From Pristiophorus japonicus (Eukaryota), in assembly GCF_044704955.1 (NCBI RefSeq), contig NC_091995.1, forward strand, positions 2,728,001 through 2,792,000: a DNA stretch of 64,000 nt. Direction: 5' to 3'. The position numbers and the translations under genes were made by a program. Within the stretch, counting starts at the first letter, position 1; every line of letters starts with the position of its first letter. Positions 61,433 through 64,000 of the stretch are shown here, piece after piece. The notes beneath the pieces are model-generated. The model did no database searches. It had not been told where the DNA came from and saw nothing but the letters and a program-made list of their open reading frames with translations.

Positions 61433-63344
61433 TGTGAGCCTTCCCCTTGGCCCAGATTCTCTGCAGTACAAAGGGCGCAACACTTTCACCACTTCTGGAT
61501 ATTGTTTCAATTTTGAACTTGGATGAGGTTACTTCCCTGAAAAAGAAAACCACTGTAAGTAATCACCGAGGGAGAACCCTCAATAAGCTAATCTTCATGA
61601 AACAGGGAACACCCAACTGGTCTCACCTAGGATTCTTGACCAATTTTGGCCTGCAACGTACAGACTCGCGTTGTTTAATCAAGCCAGAGAATTTATTGTG
61701 CATCACAAAGATATACAAAGTTAATATTCAACAAAGGCAATAGATATACAGCGAGACTTCAGTCCGACGGTTCCTGCTTCCAAACTCTCTGGGGCACCAT
61801 CTCCTGTTCTGTTGACCGCAGTCGATATTCTTCCTCTCGATGTGCAACCGATTTTCTGTCGCCTCAAGTTTATCCGGCTCGGGGTGCTGGTGCCTCCCCA
61901 CATTAGGTCATGTATCGTGTAGGCCGAAATGATTGTATTATGGACGCATGTTGTTCTTTCCTGATCTCCTCATGTCCCAACATGCAGACCTCGTACGGGT
62001 GATTCCTGTTTTCCGATCTTGCAAGCGACACAAAGTTCAGAATTCGTCTAACTGCCACCCTACGGTTTCTCAACCGTCTATTCGGATCGTCAGTTCTCGC
62101 AGACAAGTACAGATGAATTACAGTGTCTCTGCCATTGTTATTACACAAATGTTAACATTGAAAAACATGTCTTTCAGCAACAGTCATGCCAATTCCACGT
62201 CACCACACTTCAGCAGAACCCTATTCACTAATGCAAGTGCTTACAGCATATTAGATTAGCCTTCCTATCTTGCATTCTGGTTACGGTTCCGCTTTATCAA
62301 TACAAGTAACAATACAAAGTCAGTGTACAAAGCAAGTAATAACACAACGCAGAGTTATAGTTAATACAACATATGTGAATCTATCAAAGCCTACAGTTCC
62401 CCACCTCCAGGTTGAAGTGCTATTCGCACTGATTCCTCGCACAATGTATTGACGTCTCAGCAATAGCTCACACCCTCCCACTTGCAGTCTTTCGATACCA
62501 TCACCACACGGACTGCAGCGGTTCAAGAAGGCGGCTCACCACCACCTTCTCAAGGGCAATTAGTGTTGGGCAATAAATGTTGGCCTTGGCAGCGACGCCC
62601 ACATCGCATTAATAAAGAGAGAGATGGACGGTCGGACAGGCAGACAGAGGGACTCCTCATGGATCAAAATAGATGCTTTTTTCTGTGTTTACCATTGCTA
62701 ACTCGTGGTGACGCTGTTGCCTGTTCAGATACAGCAGGCGCTCGGTTCTGCCAGAAATGCCTGAAGCGGTTCCCAATAATGTACAATGAAAATAGTTCTG
62801 CCTTAAACCCAGGGACCGGGGGAGGCAAACACGCCCAGAGACAGGTATTTTCAGTTTATCCGGATGCAAACAAAGTGACATAGGAATTCCAAGCCGAAAA
62901 GGACGGAGGTCCACCAAGTTCCCCTGGTACAATCGCGGCAGTCGCATAATAGATCAATATTGGGGATGGTGACAAATCATAGCAAACCTGTCTGCGGACT
63001 GACAGCGTCAAGATTGATTCGGCCCTTGCCACTTGGAGCCTTGAAATTAAACAGGTAACAGAGATCAACCCAAGCGGCTGTCCACTGATTTGTGACTTAT
63101 TTAGCTTTCCAATTGACTCAGCAAGAGCAGGAGACAGATTGTATAATGTTGCTTCTACATCCGTTTTTATAATAAGCTGCAATTTAAGTTCCTTTACAAT
63201 TCTCTTACATTTTTCTTTCATAACAATCAGATAGCGAGTTAATTGTTGTATTAAAGCAAGGTGCACGACAGGTGCCAGCCATGGCTCAATGGGGGGCACT
63301 CTCGCCTTTGTGTCAGAAGGTTGTGGGTTCATGTCCCACTTTAG

Positions 63345-64000
63345 CATCGCAGCATAGAATTATATAAATTTACAGCACAGAAAGAGGCCATTTGGGCCCA
63401 TCGTGTCCGTGCAGACCGACTAAGAACTTTCCAGCTCGTGGTCCGTAGCTCTGTAGCTTACTGCACATCCAGGTACTTTTTAAATAAGGTGAGGCTTTCT
63501 GCCTCTTCCATCCTTTCAGGCAGTGAGTTCGCGACCCCAACTCCCTCTGCGTCGAGATATTTCCCCTCATATACCTCCCCGCAATTACTTTAAATCTATG
63601 CCCCCTGGTTGTTGACCCCTCTGCCAAGGAAAACAAGTCCTTCCTTCCCACTCTACTTAGGCACCACGTAATTTCATAAACCTCAATCAGGTCTATACTC
63701 AGCCTCCTCTGTTCCAAAGAAAACAGACCCAGCATCTCCAATCTTTCCTCATAACCAGAATTCTCCAGTCCATGCAACATTCTTGTAAATCTCCTCTGCA
63801 CCCGTTCCAGTGCAATCAAATCTTACCTGTAATGTGGTGACCAGAACTGCAAACAGTATTCCAGCTGCGGCCTAACCAGTATTTGATATATTTTAAGCAT
63901 AAAGTCCTTGCCCTTGTATTCCATGCATCGCGTAATATAGGCAAGTATTCCACGGGCCTTCTTAACCCCCTTATCTACCTGGCTGGCTTCTTTCAGCGAC
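63345..64000 (-). mobile_element. CR1 fragment (unit 3 copy, runs off the window)
   Basis: ORF 63370-63819 [11 protein letters not shown]... Confidence 0.87.

Larger units (their letters stand above)
47108..64000. repeat. Tandem segmental duplication, unit 3 (partial; has 3143 bp absent from units 1 and 2)
   Basis: Colinear with unit 1 positions 1 to about 13700, with scattered substitutions and indels plus the extra segment 52083-55225. Confidence 0.96.

Overview
Vertebrate genomic DNA, most likely from a cartilaginous fish (inferred from the SacSINE1/DeuSINE-like SINE and the CR1, L2 and Penelope content). The window is about 2.6 copies of a ~23.5 kb tandem unit (unit 1 = 1-23581, unit 2 = 23582-47107, unit 3 = 47108 to beyond 64000). 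Each period carries one minus-strand six-exon class C-IV TRIM gene (RING, B-box 2, coiled coil, B30.2/PRY-SPRY). Copy A is cut by the left edge (exons 1-3 visible). Copy B (17541-27242) splices into an intact 477-aa ORF. Copy C (41158-50799) has a nonsense codon in the RING, a 2-bp frameshift in B30.2, and has lost the IRF-E/ISRE found 30 bp upstream of the ATG in A and B. The rest is decayed retroelement sequence (CR1, L2, RTE, Penelope, an LTR-element integrase fragment, SINEs). The most informative signals come from comparing copies: a very recent duplication with a visible breakpoint zone, B30.2 divergence that exceeds the flanking non-coding DNA, short conversion-like patches, a 3143-bp microhomology deletion upstream of A and B, and a sense-oriented CR1 5' end with TATA-bearing 67-bp monomers and splice sites in the last intron. 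I see no CRISPR, rRNA or true tRNA genes and nothing I can support as a wholly new system. All alignments and counts were done by eye, and repeat boundaries are approximate.
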